Counted from the stretch's first letter, positions 9,772-19,529 are shown. The stretch: DNA of 64,000 nt from an uncultured Bacteroidota bacterium (GCA_963747365.1 CAVVFB010000001.1:147165-211164), one strand, 5' to 3'. Notes: generated by a model not told the origin, from the sequence alone. Program-made: numbers and translations.

Positions 9772-10959
9772 TTACCTGAGCTTATATCCTTTCAGTGCAT
9801 AAAAAAGGAAATAGAGGTACAAAGGCACCAACATCCAGTAGGCCTCGTGGTAGGAAAAATGATCTTTTAAAAACCCCAGCAGGAGGGGAAGAATACCTCC
9901 GCCAACGATCCCCATGACCAGGAGGGATGAGCCCGTCTTTGTAAATCTGCCCAGGTCCGCAAGGGCAAGGGGCCAGATGGCCGGCCAGAGCATTGAATTG
10001 GCTATTCCAAGGAGGGATACAAAATAGATGGAAATCTCTCCGGGTAACCATACGATCAATAGTGATGATCCAATTCCCAGCAAGGCACAGATCCTCATCA
10101 TGTGAATCTGCGATAATATTCTTGGGATCAGAACAATACCTGCAGAATATCCCAGTATATACCCAGCGGAAGTATATAGGGTATACTTCTCGGGCGATGG
10201 CAATCCTATTTCGATAGCATAATCAATAATGGAGACCAGCGCAATGGTTTCCACTCCCACATAAATGAAAATGGCAAGGGCACCAAGCAGGAGATGGGGG
10301 AACTGAAAAATGCTGGTCCTGGTATTCGTTTGAGAAGAGAGGCTTTTTCCAGGATCGTTTGTTTCTTCACCTGCGGCTTTCAGTTCGGGAAGTGGTGCAA
10401 AATAGGTAAGTATCCCCAGGATGATCAGAATGCCGGCGATATAATAGAACGGCATGATCGCATCACTTAATTGAACATCCCTGGTATCCATAAAGAAGGC
10501 GAGGATCACAGGTGCAAGCCCAAATGACAGTTTGTTGCAGGTGCCCATGATACTGATCCGCCGGGCCGCACTGTTCACAGGTCCGAGGAAGGTGATGTAA
10601 GGATTAACCGCTGTATTCAGCAATGTTTGACCTGTGCCATTCATGAATAATGCCAAAAGGAACAGGGGAAAGCTTTTAAGCTGTGCCGAAGGGGCAATCA
10701 GATACATCCCCAAAGCCATCACAATAAATGAGAGCAGCATGGATCTCCTGTAGCCCGCTCTTTGGAGGATCCATCCGGATGGTAACCCAAATAGCACGAA
10801 TGCTGAAAAGGTTGCCGTGGTAACCAGGTAGGATTCTGCAGAACTGATATGGAATGCAGCTTTGACGAATGGAACGAAAAATGCATTGATCCCCACCGCA
10901 AAGCCGAGGATGGAAAACATGATGGCAATGATCACCATCGGCACAAAGGGGGTTCTCAT
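9772..10959 (-). CDS. MFS sugar transporter, FucP/GluP/NagP family
   Basis: TLLNTAVNPYIT, AIFIYVGVE and ANSMLWPAIWPLAL motifs; about 12 TM helices; overlaps the upstream gene (ATGA). Confidence 0.85.
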   Translation of the reverse strand: MRTPFVPMVIIAIMFSILGFAVGINAFFVPFVKAAFHISSAESYLVTTATFSAFVLFGLPSGWILQRAGYRRSMLLSFIVMALGMYLIAPSAQLKSFPLFLLALFMNGTGQTLLNTAVNPYITFLGPVNSAARRISIMGTCNKLSFGLAPVILAFFMDTRDVQLSDAIMPFYYIAGILIILGILTYFAPLPELKAAGEETNDPGKSLSSQTNTRTSIFQFPHLLLGALAIFIYVGVETIALVSIIDYAIEIGLPSPEKYTLYTSAGYILGYSAGIVLIPRILSQIHMMRICALLGIGSSLLIVWLPGEISIYFVSLLGIANSMLWPAIWPLALADLGRFTKTGSSLLVMGIVGGGILPLLLGFLKDHFSYHEAYWMLVPLYLYFLFYALKGYKLR

Positions 10960-12695
10960 GTTCTCCCGGTTTGAAGGGCCCTGATCACCCGGCTCAGCTG
11001 CATATGGTTATCTTTCAGCTTTTGTTGCGCCTCCTCTTTGTCAATCCCGTATAGAATCTTCAGGATTTCCCCGGCTCTTTCAATGAGCTTGTTATTGATA
11101 CATGCTAAATCAATCATGTAGGAACCTGAAACCTTGCCCAGCTTGATCATCACCGAGGATGAGATGAAATTGAGCACTTTCTTGGTGGCAGTCCCTGATT
11201 TCATCCGGGTTGAACCGGCAACCACCTCATATCCTGAGTGCAGGGGTATTGTGATATCACAAAAGGGTATTGCTCCATCCGGAGGATTACTTTGAATAAG
11301 GACTGAATACGCACCCCTTTGTTTGCCCCAGGCCAGTCCTGACTGTACGTAATAGGCAGTTCCACTTGCAGATATGCCGATCACCACGTCATTGGATTGG
11401 ATATTCAGCAGCAGTATCTCAGGCACCGAGCTGGCATCCTCTTCAAAATCTGATTCGATTTCGATGGATGCATCAGCGATTCCCCCGGCAATGAGACAAA
11501 TGATACGGTCCTCCGGGAATCCATAGGTACACGGTATTTCAACGGCATCCATCGCGGCAATCCGTCCGCTGGTCCCGGCCCCGATATATATGATCCTGCC
11601 TCCTTTTTCAACCCTTTCCGAAATATTGTCAATCACTTCTCCGATCACGGGCAGACTCATGCTGAGCTTTTCCCCGGCTTCCTGTTCAGCCGCCCAGAGT
11701 ATCCCGATCAGATCTGAAGTGGATAAGTCCTGCAGCTGCAGATCTTCCCGGTAGGGGATCTCTGTTTTGATCGCATCATACTTTTTTATAAGCTGTTTCG
11801 ACCGTGCCTGATATTCTCCATATGCCAGTGTGACGGCTCCAATCAATTGCAGCGAATTACCCTCCGGCAATATCCTGGCATGAACAGGCCGTTCCAGTTC
11901 CACCTGCGGAACAGAGAGGAATGAGTTCAGCTCCGCTTCCAGCGGATAGCCGCACCGGGTTACTGCATCGGCCAGTCCGCCACAAACCATCACTTCATCA
12001 AGACCGTACATGATGGCAGCTGTATTGATGATATCAGCAAGGTCCCTGACATACTGACCCCTGGCATCCCTGTAGCTATCCCGGGAAAATAATCTGGTCA
12101 GGTCTTTCCCCGGGATCCCGGATGCTATCTTTGATGCGCTTGCGATCTCGTTGAAAGAACCCGACGGGGTCCGGATGCTCCCCAGCAGGTTCAATACCTT
12201 CCCCGGCCTCCATCTTCTCCCGTTCCTCCAGATGGAAAATCCCAGTCCGGTGCCAACAGGCATGATCCCCACAGATCTGTTGCCTGACAGTAGCCCTGAT
12301 TCAGCAACACCTATGGCCGCAGCATCCGCATCGTTAATGATTATTGCGGTGCAATCCAACTGCCTTTCAAGATCTGTTTTCCATGTTTCATTTTTTAACA
12401 CGTTAAGATAGGTGGCAGCTTTAGTAACCCTTGTGCCCTGATAATTGACAATACCCCCGGTCGATATCCCGATCCCCGCGATTCTCCGGCTGCCCGGTTT
12501 TAACCTGTCGATAAGTTCCGAAAGTGAATCTATGAATTTCGAAAGGTCTGAATTCTCTTTTAATGGACTGTGAATTCTCTCTGTATGCAGCCCGGCTTTC
12601 CGGACATCCCAGGGTTCATTAAAAAAGCTTTCGTTGACAAGTGTCCCCTTTATCCAGGTACCACCGATATCAATGCCCAGGAATTCTTTGATCAT
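10956..12695 (-). CDS. ROK-family sugar kinase fused to MurQ-like N-acetylmuramic acid 6-phosphate etherase
   Basis: N-half: GIDIGGT, GIGISTGG, INDADAAA, VGTGLG (ROK). C-half: GAGTSGR..MDAVE, GISASG, GYEVVAGSTRMKSGTATK..LN (MurQ/SIS). Confidence 0.85.
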   Translation of the reverse strand: MIKEFLGIDIGGTWIKGTLVNESFFNEPWDVRKAGLHTERIHSPLKENSDLSKFIDSLSELIDRLKPGSRRIAGIGISTGGIVNYQGTRVTKAATYLNVLKNETWKTDLERQLDCTAIIINDADAAAIGVAESGLLSGNRSVGIMPVGTGLGFSIWRNGRRWRPGKVLNLLGSIRTPSGSFNEIASASKIASGIPGKDLTRLFSRDSYRDARGQYVRDLADIINTAAIMYGLDEVMVCGGLADAVTRCGYPLEAELNSFLSVPQVELERPVHARILPEGNSLQLIGAVTLAYGEYQARSKQLIKKYDAIKTEIPYREDLQLQDLSTSDLIGILWAAEQEAGEKLSMSLPVIGEVIDNISERVEKGGRIIYIGAGTSGRIAAMDAVEIPCTYGFPEDRIICLIAGGIADASIEIESDFEEDASSVPEILLLNIQSNDVVIGISASGTAYYVQSGLAWGKQRGAYSVLIQSNPPDGAIPFCDITIPLHSGYEVVAGSTRMKSGTATKKVLNFISSSVMIKLGKVSGSYMIDLACINNKLIERAGEILKILYGIDKEEAQQKLKDNHMQLSRVIRALQTGRT

Positions 12696-12881
12696 ATTTT
12701 ATTTTTAAAACCAGTTACTTCCACCATATGTTACTCTATACGCTTTTAGGACACCCGGCTGCGATGAACTTCCATTGGTCCGGCTAAAAATACAAATTTT
12801 CGGAGATGTACTACTCAACGGGGAATTCCAGGACGTGGACAGCTTTTACCAGGACTTTTCCGATTGGCGGACTGGTCCATT

Positions 12882-13898
12882 CTAATACTTCCATTTGTTT
12901 GCCAGTCTAACCAATGACAGCATGACCGGAACCTCTACAAGGACTCCCACCACTGTTACCATTGCAGCAGGGGATTGAAGTCCGAATAATGCGATAGCCA
13001 CGGCAACAGCAAGTTCAAAGAAATTGCTTGCCCCGATCATGGCGGAAGGAGCACAGATGGCATAGGGAAGTTTCAGGAACCTTCCCCCGAACCAGGTAAT
13101 GAAAAAGATAAAATAGGTCTGGATAATCAGGGGAACGGCAACAAGCAGGATGATCAGTGGTTTTTCCAGGATCGTGGTACCCTGGAACGCAAACAGCAGG
13201 ATCAGGGTGCTTAGCAGGGCAATGATAGAAACAGGGCGGAACCTTGGCAGGAATTCTGTTTTAAACCATTCCTCTCCCTTTCTGCGCATCAACATCTTAT
13301 GGGTCAGGTATCCTGCCCCCAGCGGGATTACAACGAAAATCACCACACTTGCCACAAGCGTGTCATAAGGAATTTTTATATCGGTAATCCCAAGCAATAA
13401 TCCAACGATGGGAACAAATGCCACCAGGATGATCAGGTCATTGACAGATACCTGTACCAGGGTGTAGTTCGGATCACCTCCTGAAAGGTAGCTCCAAACG
13501 AATACCATGGCAGTACAGGGCGCCGCTCCGAGCAGGATTGCACCTGCAATATATTCACCTGCCTGTTCAGGGGAAATAAATGCAGCATAGAGTTTTGTAA
13601 AAAATATCCATGCAAAAAATGCCATTGTAAATGGTTTGATCAGCCAGTTGACCACCAGTGTCAGGATCAATCCCCTGGGACGCCGTCCCACTTTCCTGAG
13701 ACTTGAAAAATCAATCTGCAGCATCATCGGGTAGATCATCAGCCAAATCAGAACCGCAACCGGAATATTCACCCTGAACAGCTCCAGATTGCTCAATATC
13801 TCCATGTTGTTTCCTGCAAAATGACCAATGGCAATACCTGCAATAATACATAACGCCACCCAGAGAGTCAGGTATTTTTCAAAGATTCCGATTTTCAT
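12882..13898 (-). CDS. acr3: ACR3-family arsenite efflux transporter
   Basis: [50 protein letters not shown]. Confidence 0.95.
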   Translation of the reverse strand: MKIGIFEKYLTLWVALCIIAGIAIGHFAGNNMEILSNLELFRVNIPVAVLIWLMIYPMMLQIDFSSLRKVGRRPRGLILTLVVNWLIKPFTMAFFAWIFFTKLYAAFISPEQAGEYIAGAILLGAAPCTAMVFVWSYLSGGDPNYTLVQVSVNDLIILVAFVPIVGLLLGITDIKIPYDTLVASVVIFVVIPLGAGYLTHKMLMRRKGEEWFKTEFLPRFRPVSIIALLSTLILLFAFQGTTILEKPLIILLVAVPLIIQTYFIFFITWFGGRFLKLPYAICAPSAMIGASNFFELAVAVAIALFGLQSPAAMVTVVGVLVEVPVMLSLVRLANKWKY

Positions 13899-13909
13899 GG
13901 AATGAGGAA

Positions 13910-14713
13910 TTATTTAACTGCATTGACCGTGACACTGAATGTCCCGATCCTGTTCTTTTTGAAGTTTCGCAATTCATCCATTGTGAGGTAGTTCAGCAGG
14001 ATTGAATTGGGAATGGCGATTTCCTTCTCTTTTTTAACTTCCACCTGGTGAAATCCCATCTTTTGAATGATTTCCAGGTATTCTTCCTTCTGGATTGCCC
14101 CGGAAACACAACCGGCATACATTTCTGCTGCGTCCCTGAGTTTTTCAGGTAGTTCACCGGTTATCACTATATCGGAAATGCAAAAATGCCCCCCTGGTTT
14201 TAACACCCTGTATATCTCACTGAAAGCTCTTTGTTTGTCAGGCACAAGGTTCAGAACGCAATTACTGATGACCACGTCGAAAGAGTTATCCGGCAGCGGT
14301 ATGTTTTCGATATCACCTTTCACAAAATGAATGTTTTTGAATCCGGTCTTCTTCAGATTTTCGTTCGCCTTTATCAGCATTTCATCTGTGAAATCGATAC
14401 CCGTGACCGTACCTGTTTCGCCCACCAGGGTCCGCGCCACAAAACAGTCATTGCCGGCACCGGATCCCAGGTCCAACACATGATCTCCTTTATGAATGGC
14501 TGCATATTCGGTGGGAATTCCGCATCCCAGTCCCAGGTCGGCATCGGCATTATATCCTTCGAGCTTGCGGTAGTCATCGCTGAAGATCGAGTAATTCATA
14601 TCGTCACAACATCCGGTGCTCCCGCAACAGGATGACTGGTTTTGAATTTTACTTTGTGAAGCGACTTCAGCATATTTTTCCTGAACGATCAGTTTTAATT
14701 CTTCTGGTTTCAT
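13910..14713 (-). CDS. arsM: Arsenite S-adenosylmethionine methyltransferase
   Basis: SCC..CC N-terminus, [37 protein letters not shown]. Confidence 0.95.
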   Translation of the reverse strand: MKPEELKLIVQEKYAEVASQSKIQNQSSCCGSTGCCDDMNYSIFSDDYRKLEGYNADADLGLGCGIPTEYAAIHKGDHVLDLGSGAGNDCFVARTLVGETGTVTGIDFTDEMLIKANENLKKTGFKNIHFVKGDIENIPLPDNSFDVVISNCVLNLVPDKQRAFSEIYRVLKPGGHFCISDIVITGELPEKLRDAAEMYAGCVSGAIQKEEYLEIIQKMGFHQVEVKKEKEIAIPNSILLNYLTMDELRNFKKNRIGTFSVTVNAVK

Positions 14714-15135
14714 AATTCAGTTTTTATTTGTTCCATATAAAGTTTATAAAAGGATTCCCTGATCTCGTTACGTACCCGGTAGTATTCACTCTGGATGAAT
14801 TCAGGAGTTCCGGTCGCATGCGACGGATCGTCGAATCCAATATGCAGCCGGTGCCTGACTTTGCCCAGAAATGCCGGGCATGTTTCGTTCGCGCCGCCAC
14901 AAACGGTGATCACATAATCCCATTCGTCGTCAAGGTACATATCCACCTGGTCGGAGGTATGATGGCTGATATCGATACCGATTTCTTTCATCACTTCCAC
15001 CGCTTTTGGATTCAATTTACCCGAGGCTTCGGTACCCGCACTGGCCACCTGAAGGCGACTGTCGAATGATTGTAAAAATCCATGGGCCATCTGGCTCCTA
15101 CAACTGTTGCCGGTACAAAGAATTAGTATTTTCAT
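14710..15135 (-). CDS. arsC: Arsenate reductase, thioredoxin-coupled LMW-PTP family
   Basis: LCTGNSCRSQMA P-loop, VITVC..A.ETCP, FDDP. Confidence 0.92.
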   Translation of the reverse strand: MKILILCTGNSCRSQMAHGFLQSFDSRLQVASAGTEASGKLNPKAVEVMKEIGIDISHHTSDQVDMYLDDEWDYVITVCGGANETCPAFLGKVRHRLHIGFDDPSHATGTPEFIQSEYYRVRNEIRESFYKLYMEQIKTEL

Positions 15136-15136
15136 C

Positions 15137-15469
15137 CTATTTGCATTGGTATTTATTTAAATCAATGGAACTGAGAAATGCTTCCAATGCATTCTTCAAC
15201 TCCACTATTTTTTCAGTATTCAGGCAATACCTGGTCTTCGCACCTTCAATATGGCCGGTGATAAGATCTGCATCTTTCAGTTCAGCCAGGTGCTGGTTCA
15301 CGGTAGTTCTTCCAAGAGGCAGATCGTCGGAAATATCACCCGTAATACAGGTATTGGTTTCTGCCAGGAACTGCATGATACGAAGCCGTGCCGGATGGGA
15401 TAGTGCCCTGAATAAACGCGCTGATTGAATCAGTTCTTTATCGAATAACTGGGTTTTTGCCTGTACCAT
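15137..15469 (-). CDS. arsR: ArsR/SmtB family metalloregulator
   Basis: FRALSHPARLRI, TCITGD, TVNQHLAELK, RYCL. Confidence 0.88.
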   Translation of the reverse strand: MVQAKTQLFDKELIQSARLFRALSHPARLRIMQFLAETNTCITGDISDDLPLGRTTVNQHLAELKDADLITGHIEGAKTRYCLNTEKIVELKNALEAFLSSIDLNKYQCK

Positions 15470-15476
15470 TTTCTAA

Positions 15477-15530
15477 TATTTGACGTAAATATACGACATA
15501 TATTTAAATAACGTATATATACATCAAATA
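15477..15530. promoter_or_regulatory. Inverted repeat, probable ArsR operator of arsR-arsC-arsM-acr3
   Basis: TATTTGACGTAAATATACG (15477-15495) and CGTATATATACATCAAATA (15512-15530) are inverted copies with 2 mismatches; immediately upstream of arsR. Confidence 0.6.
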
Positions 15531-15566
15531 ATTTATAACTGTCCGGACCGGCAAATGATCTGAGGA

Positions 15567-16340
15567 TTACGGTTTGATCTTCTCATACAGCCCGAGCAGG
15601 CGTGTATCGAATATCTCCCTGATCTGTTCTTCATGTTCCCCGATGGGTTTCACAGGGATCAGGTCCATCACCTCTTCAGGAGTGAGAGAGGACTTATAGT
15701 AGAGTTGCAGAGATCTTTTAAGCGTATTCCGGATCACTTTTTTTGCTTCTGCTTCTTCAAAACCCATTTTCACCGCAAGATCCTCCATTTTTTTCCACTG
15801 GAACCAGAAATAGGTCGGTAGCATGGCCGAAACCATGGCATATCCCTCAAGCATTGATTCCTCCACCTCGATGGTCCTGCCCAGTTTTTTAAACAATTGC
15901 ATCAGGCGGTTTTTATCCTCTTCTGAAAAACTGTTATGGAAGCAAACCGGGTTATATCCTTTATTTATGTATGATGTAGCATTGGGGATCATCCTGGCGA
16001 TAAGTTTTGTATGAAGCAATCCGGCTATTTTCCCGATGCTGAATTTTGGTGCAAGGGATACGACTATTGATTCTGCCTTAACAACCTCCTTTATCGCAAT
16101 CAGAGTTTCCATCATCACAGGGGGATGGACCGCAAGGAAAACCAGGTCCTGTTGTGCAGGCTCCAATGGTGAACCAGAGATTGTAATTTCAGGAAATTGG
16201 GCTTTTAATCCGGAAGCCACCGACTGGTTGGGTTCGTATACAAGAACAGATTTAAATTCAAGAGATTTGTTTTGAAATGCCTGGAGGAAAATCCTGGTGA
16301 TTCTTCCGCCACCGATGAATCCTAAAGTTGTTGTTTTCAT
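15567..16340 (-). CDS. Divergent pyrroline-5-carboxylate reductase-like NAD(P)-binding oxidoreductase
   Basis: LGFIGGG Rossmann motif, FLAVHP, ARMIPN (ProC RxMPN-like); the ProC SGSGPAY and SPGGTT motifs are replaced. Confidence 0.7.
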   Translation of the reverse strand: MKTTTLGFIGGGRITRIFLQAFQNKSLEFKSVLVYEPNQSVASGLKAQFPEITISGSPLEPAQQDLVFLAVHPPVMMETLIAIKEVVKAESIVVSLAPKFSIGKIAGLLHTKLIARMIPNATSYINKGYNPVCFHNSFSEEDKNRLMQLFKKLGRTIEVEESMLEGYAMVSAMLPTYFWFQWKKMEDLAVKMGFEEAEAKKVIRNTLKRSLQLYYKSSLTPEEVMDLIPVKPIGEHEEQIREIFDTRLLGLYEKIKP

Positions 16341-16387
16341 AGCTTAAATTTTTGATTTGATATTGGTTTAAGGTATAATTTCATCTC

Positions 16388-17704
16388 TTATATGATTCCG
16401 TAAATCAGACCGCTAATGGTGGCCATTAAGACAACCAATCCTACATATACAACTGTTTTTTGAGTACCGATCACTCCTCGTATTACCAGCATATTTGGCA
16501 GGGACAGGGACGGACCAGCCAGCAAGAGGGCCAATGCAGGTCCCTTCCCCATTCCGGCGGCAATAAGCCCCTGTAATATGGGCACTTCTGTCAGCGTAGC
16601 GAAATACATGAATGCGCCTACGAGGGAGGCGAAAAAGTTTGAGAAAAGTGAATTTCCTCCAACCAGTTTTCCCACCCATTCATTCGGAATGATTCCTGCC
16701 ATGGAAACATCATCATGCGTGGATCCCAGCAAAAACCCGGCGATCAGTACCCCGACAGCCAGTAATGGCATGATCTGCTTGGCAAAATCCCAAGAAGAAA
16801 GCGTCCATTCCCTGTTTTCCGGATCTTTTTTGTCAATGAGTGTAATGACCGCCAGACCGGCCATGCCGATAACCATCGGAATCGCAGGTTTTGAGAAGAG
16901 AAATGCACTTGCAGCAATAATAATCCCCACAGCAAGTACATGTTGCCATTTTAGTTTGAGGATATATATCATGGAAAAAGCCATCAGGAGGGCTAAGAAA
17001 GAGGTGATGATCCACTTATTGGACCAGATCCAGAACCAGCCCCCTTCGGTCACTCCTTCACCGGGTTTTCCCCAGTTGGCGAATACGAGAATAAGAACCA
17101 GGATAAAAAAATGGGACGCTGTTTGCCACATGGGCCTTTTTTCCGGTATCGCAGAGAAATTCATCTGTTCTTCTCTCTTAGCCTTCTCCTCTTTCCTGTA
17201 AATAAGGGCCATGATCGATCCTATAACAATGGCAAATACGATAGCCCCCACTAACCGTGCAACTCCCATTTCAAACCCAAGGATCCGGGCCGTGAGGATA
17301 ATGGCCAGGATGTTGATGGCCGGTCCGCTGTAAAGAAATGCGATGGCCGGTCCCAGACCTGCACCTCTTTTATGTATACTTGAAAACAAAGGAAGGATCG
17401 TGCAGCTGCAAACCGCCAGGATGGTTCCGGAAACTGAAGCTACGGAGTAAGAAAGCCATTTTTTCGCCTGCGTACCGAAATATTTCATTACCGCACCCTG
17501 GCTGACAAATACGGATATTACCCCTGCAATAAAAAATGCCGGTAAAAGGCAGAGAATGACGTGTTCACGGGCATACCAACGTGTAAGGTCAAACATGGCC
17601 ATGATGGCTTCTCTGAACCTGGCGAACTCCAGCGGCATAAAATATGCAGCCACAAACACAAGGGCCATCCAGAATAGTATCTTAATTTCTTTTTTCCATT
17701 CCAT
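16388..17704 (-). CDS. arsP: ArsP-like (DUF318) permease
   Basis: HVILCLLPAFFIAG, LAVCSCTILPLF, AFLYSGPAIN, MYFATLTEVP, GPSLSLP. Confidence 0.8.
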   Translation of the reverse strand: MEWKKEIKILFWMALVFVAAYFMPLEFARFREAIMAMFDLTRWYAREHVILCLLPAFFIAGVISVFVSQGAVMKYFGTQAKKWLSYSVASVSGTILAVCSCTILPLFSSIHKRGAGLGPAIAFLYSGPAINILAIILTARILGFEMGVARLVGAIVFAIVIGSIMALIYRKEEKAKREEQMNFSAIPEKRPMWQTASHFFILVLILVFANWGKPGEGVTEGGWFWIWSNKWIITSFLALLMAFSMIYILKLKWQHVLAVGIIIAASAFLFSKPAIPMVIGMAGLAVITLIDKKDPENREWTLSSWDFAKQIMPLLAVGVLIAGFLLGSTHDDVSMAGIIPNEWVGKLVGGNSLFSNFFASLVGAFMYFATLTEVPILQGLIAAGMGKGPALALLLAGPSLSLPNMLVIRGVIGTQKTVVYVGLVVLMATISGLIYGII

Positions 17705-17730
17705 GGACTATAATTATTTTATTAAAGAAC

Positions 17731-17750
17731 TATTCGTGATAACACGAACT
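17731..17750. promoter_or_regulatory. Probable ArsR operator upstream of arsP
   Basis: TATTCG-N8-CGAACT, same geometry as the sites at 19162 and 19510. Confidence 0.6.
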
Positions 17751-17765
17751 ATTTTTTAATTTTTT

Positions 17766-18467
17766 TTAGAAATAGATCATGATTACATAATAAATTCCGA
17801 CCCCGATGAACACGATCGATATAAACCGCCGAAACCAGACCTCAAAGGTCTTCACGCTGTTATAAAGTCTGCCCACGCCCGATACTGTATAGGCCAGAAG
17901 CCAGGCAAAGATGATTACCGGGATTCCGGTTGCTATGGCAAATACCACCGGCAGGTATAATCCGGAAGCACTGGTGATGGTCATTGGAATCAGCATTCCG
18001 AAATAGAGCACACCACTGAATGGGCAGAAAGCCAGAGCAAAAATGACCCCGAGTAATAACACATCCCAGTAACCCTTTACTCCCTTTTTCTGAAAACGAC
18101 TTTTCAATCGGGAAAATCCAGGGAAATGAATATTGATGATATCAAGCATAAGAATCCCGATAAGAATCAACAGCGGTCCCATGATCTTTTCGCCGTATTG
18201 CTGAAACCATCCGGAAATTTTTAACTGATCGGCACCAAGGAACAGAATAAAAGCCAGCAAGGTATAAGAGATAGCTCTTCCAAGGGTATAAATTATCCCG
18301 TTTAAAAATACTGCTCTTCTGCTATCCACCTCCTTACTTATATAGCCAATAGCAGTTATATTTGTTGCAAGAGGGCATGGACTGATGGCAGTCAGGAGGC
18401 CCAGCAACATTGCTGTTAAAACAGGGACTGAACTACTTCCGGCAAGATTAGTGAGAAATTCTTCCAT
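17766..18467 (-). CDS. ArsG-family / DsbD(CcdA)-like membrane protein
   Basis: GLLTAISPCPLATN and FALAFCPFSG, the two Cys-Pro TM motifs of the CcdA/ArsG family; located in the ars cluster. Confidence 0.78.
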   Translation of the reverse strand: MEEFLTNLAGSSSVPVLTAMLLGLLTAISPCPLATNITAIGYISKEVDSRRAVFLNGIIYTLGRAISYTLLAFILFLGADQLKISGWFQQYGEKIMGPLLILIGILMLDIINIHFPGFSRLKSRFQKKGVKGYWDVLLLGVIFALAFCPFSGVLYFGMLIPMTITSASGLYLPVVFAIATGIPVIIFAWLLAYTVSGVGRLYNSVKTFEVWFRRFISIVFIGVGIYYVIMIYF

Positions 18468-18482
18468 TAAAGAAATGGCAGA

Positions 18483-18893
18483 TTATAACATCGGAGTGAT
18501 ATGATCTGAAATAACCTGCTTTAGTTTTTCCGGATTCATACGGGCATACATGAATCCTTCGTTGGTAATATTTATTTTTTTATCACCATGGATAATCATT
18601 AGTGTTTGCCCGCTAATGCCCAGTTCTTTTGCCTTTTCCTGCCCCTCGGTTTCATCCAGGTTATATCCCTTAAAAGGAACGCTGTCCCCATAAAGTTCTT
18701 TCACTGCTTCACCGGATACCGTTTCCACAGCCTGGCAGGTTACACATCTCCTTGTATAGTGGAAATAAAAAACTTCTATGTCATTTGCCTGAACAACTGT
18801 TTCTTTTTCAGAGGTACGATCTGGTTGTGCCGAACATGAACCACTCATGAATAATACCATCAGGATTGCTGAAAATAGGCTTAGCTTTTTCAT
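18483..18893 (-). CDS. ArsF-family thioredoxin-fold lipoprotein
   Basis: Signal peptide with lipobox-like MSGS-C; VFYFHYTRRCVTC (CxxC) motif. Confidence 0.72.
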   Translation of the reverse strand: MKKLSLFSAILMVLFMSGSCSAQPDRTSEKETVVQANDIEVFYFHYTRRCVTCQAVETVSGEAVKELYGDSVPFKGYNLDETEGQEKAKELGISGQTLMIIHGDKKINITNEGFMYARMNPEKLKQVISDHITPML

Positions 18894-18896
18894 AGG

Positions 18897-19142
18897 TTAC
18901 TGGTTTTGAGTGAGTATTTGTTTTAGTTCATTTGAAGAGGGGAGTCTGCCTGAGAGTACAACTTTTTCGTTGATCACCAGTCCTGGGGTATGCATGATTC
19001 CATACTCCATGATTTTCATGATATCTTCGACTTTCGATAGATTGGCTTCAATGGCCAATTCTGCTAATGAATCCTTCACCGTCCTTTCGAGCTGCTTGCA
19101 TTTGGGACATCCTGTCCCCAATATCTTTATTTCCATAATCAC
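18897..19142 (-). CDS. Small redox-active disulfide protein (MTH895/ArsE-like thioredoxin)
   Basis: MEIKILGTGCPKC...YGIMHTPGLVINEKV..SGRLP; true start may be the ATG at 19136. Confidence 0.85.
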   Translation of the reverse strand: MIMEIKILGTGCPKCKQLERTVKDSLAELAIEANLSKVEDIMKIMEYGIMHTPGLVINEKVVLSGRLPSSNELKQILTQNQ

Positions 19143-19161
19143 TTGTGTTTAAATTGTTCGT

Positions 19162-19181
19162 TGTTCGCAAAAATACGAATA
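19162..19181 (-). promoter_or_regulatory. ArsR-type operator overlapping a Bacteroidetes -7 promoter element
   Basis: TGTTCG-CAAAAATA-CGAATA; the minus-strand core reads TATTTTTG (TAnnTTTG). Confidence 0.65.
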
Positions 19182-19195
19182 TAAAAGAAAAAAAA

Positions 19196-19492
19196 CTAAC
19201 GGGATATGAAATTTTTAAACAAATCCTGAGCTTCTTTCCAGTTCTCCTTATTGATACAATATTTAATTCTGGGTGCCTCTATCTCACCCTGGATCAGCCC
19301 GGCACTTTTTAATTCTTTGAGATGCTGGGAAAGGGTTGATTTTGCTATGGGAAGTATGTCCGAAAGGTCAACACTGTAACAACAGGACTCATCTGCCAGT
19401 AACTCGAGCACATAAATGCGAATGGGATGTCCCATGGCTTTTGCATACCTGGCAATTTTTTTTTGGCGGTTAGAAATTATCTCTTTTTCCAT
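19196..19492 (-). CDS. arsR: ArsR/SmtB family metalloregulator (second copy)
   Basis: AKAMGHPIR, ESCCY, STLSQHLKELK, KYCIN. Confidence 0.88.
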   Translation of the reverse strand: MEKEIISNRQKKIARYAKAMGHPIRIYVLELLADESCCYSVDLSDILPIAKSTLSQHLKELKSAGLIQGEIEAPRIKYCINKENWKEAQDLFKNFISR

Positions 19493-19509
19493 AGTAATCA
19501 GAATTTACT

Positions 19510-19529
19510 TGTTCGCAAAATTACGAACA
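19510..19529 (-). promoter_or_regulatory. ArsR-type operator overlapping a Bacteroidetes -7 promoter element
   Basis: TGTTCG-CAAAATTA-CGAACA with perfect 6-bp arms; the minus-strand core reads TAATTTTG. Confidence 0.7.
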
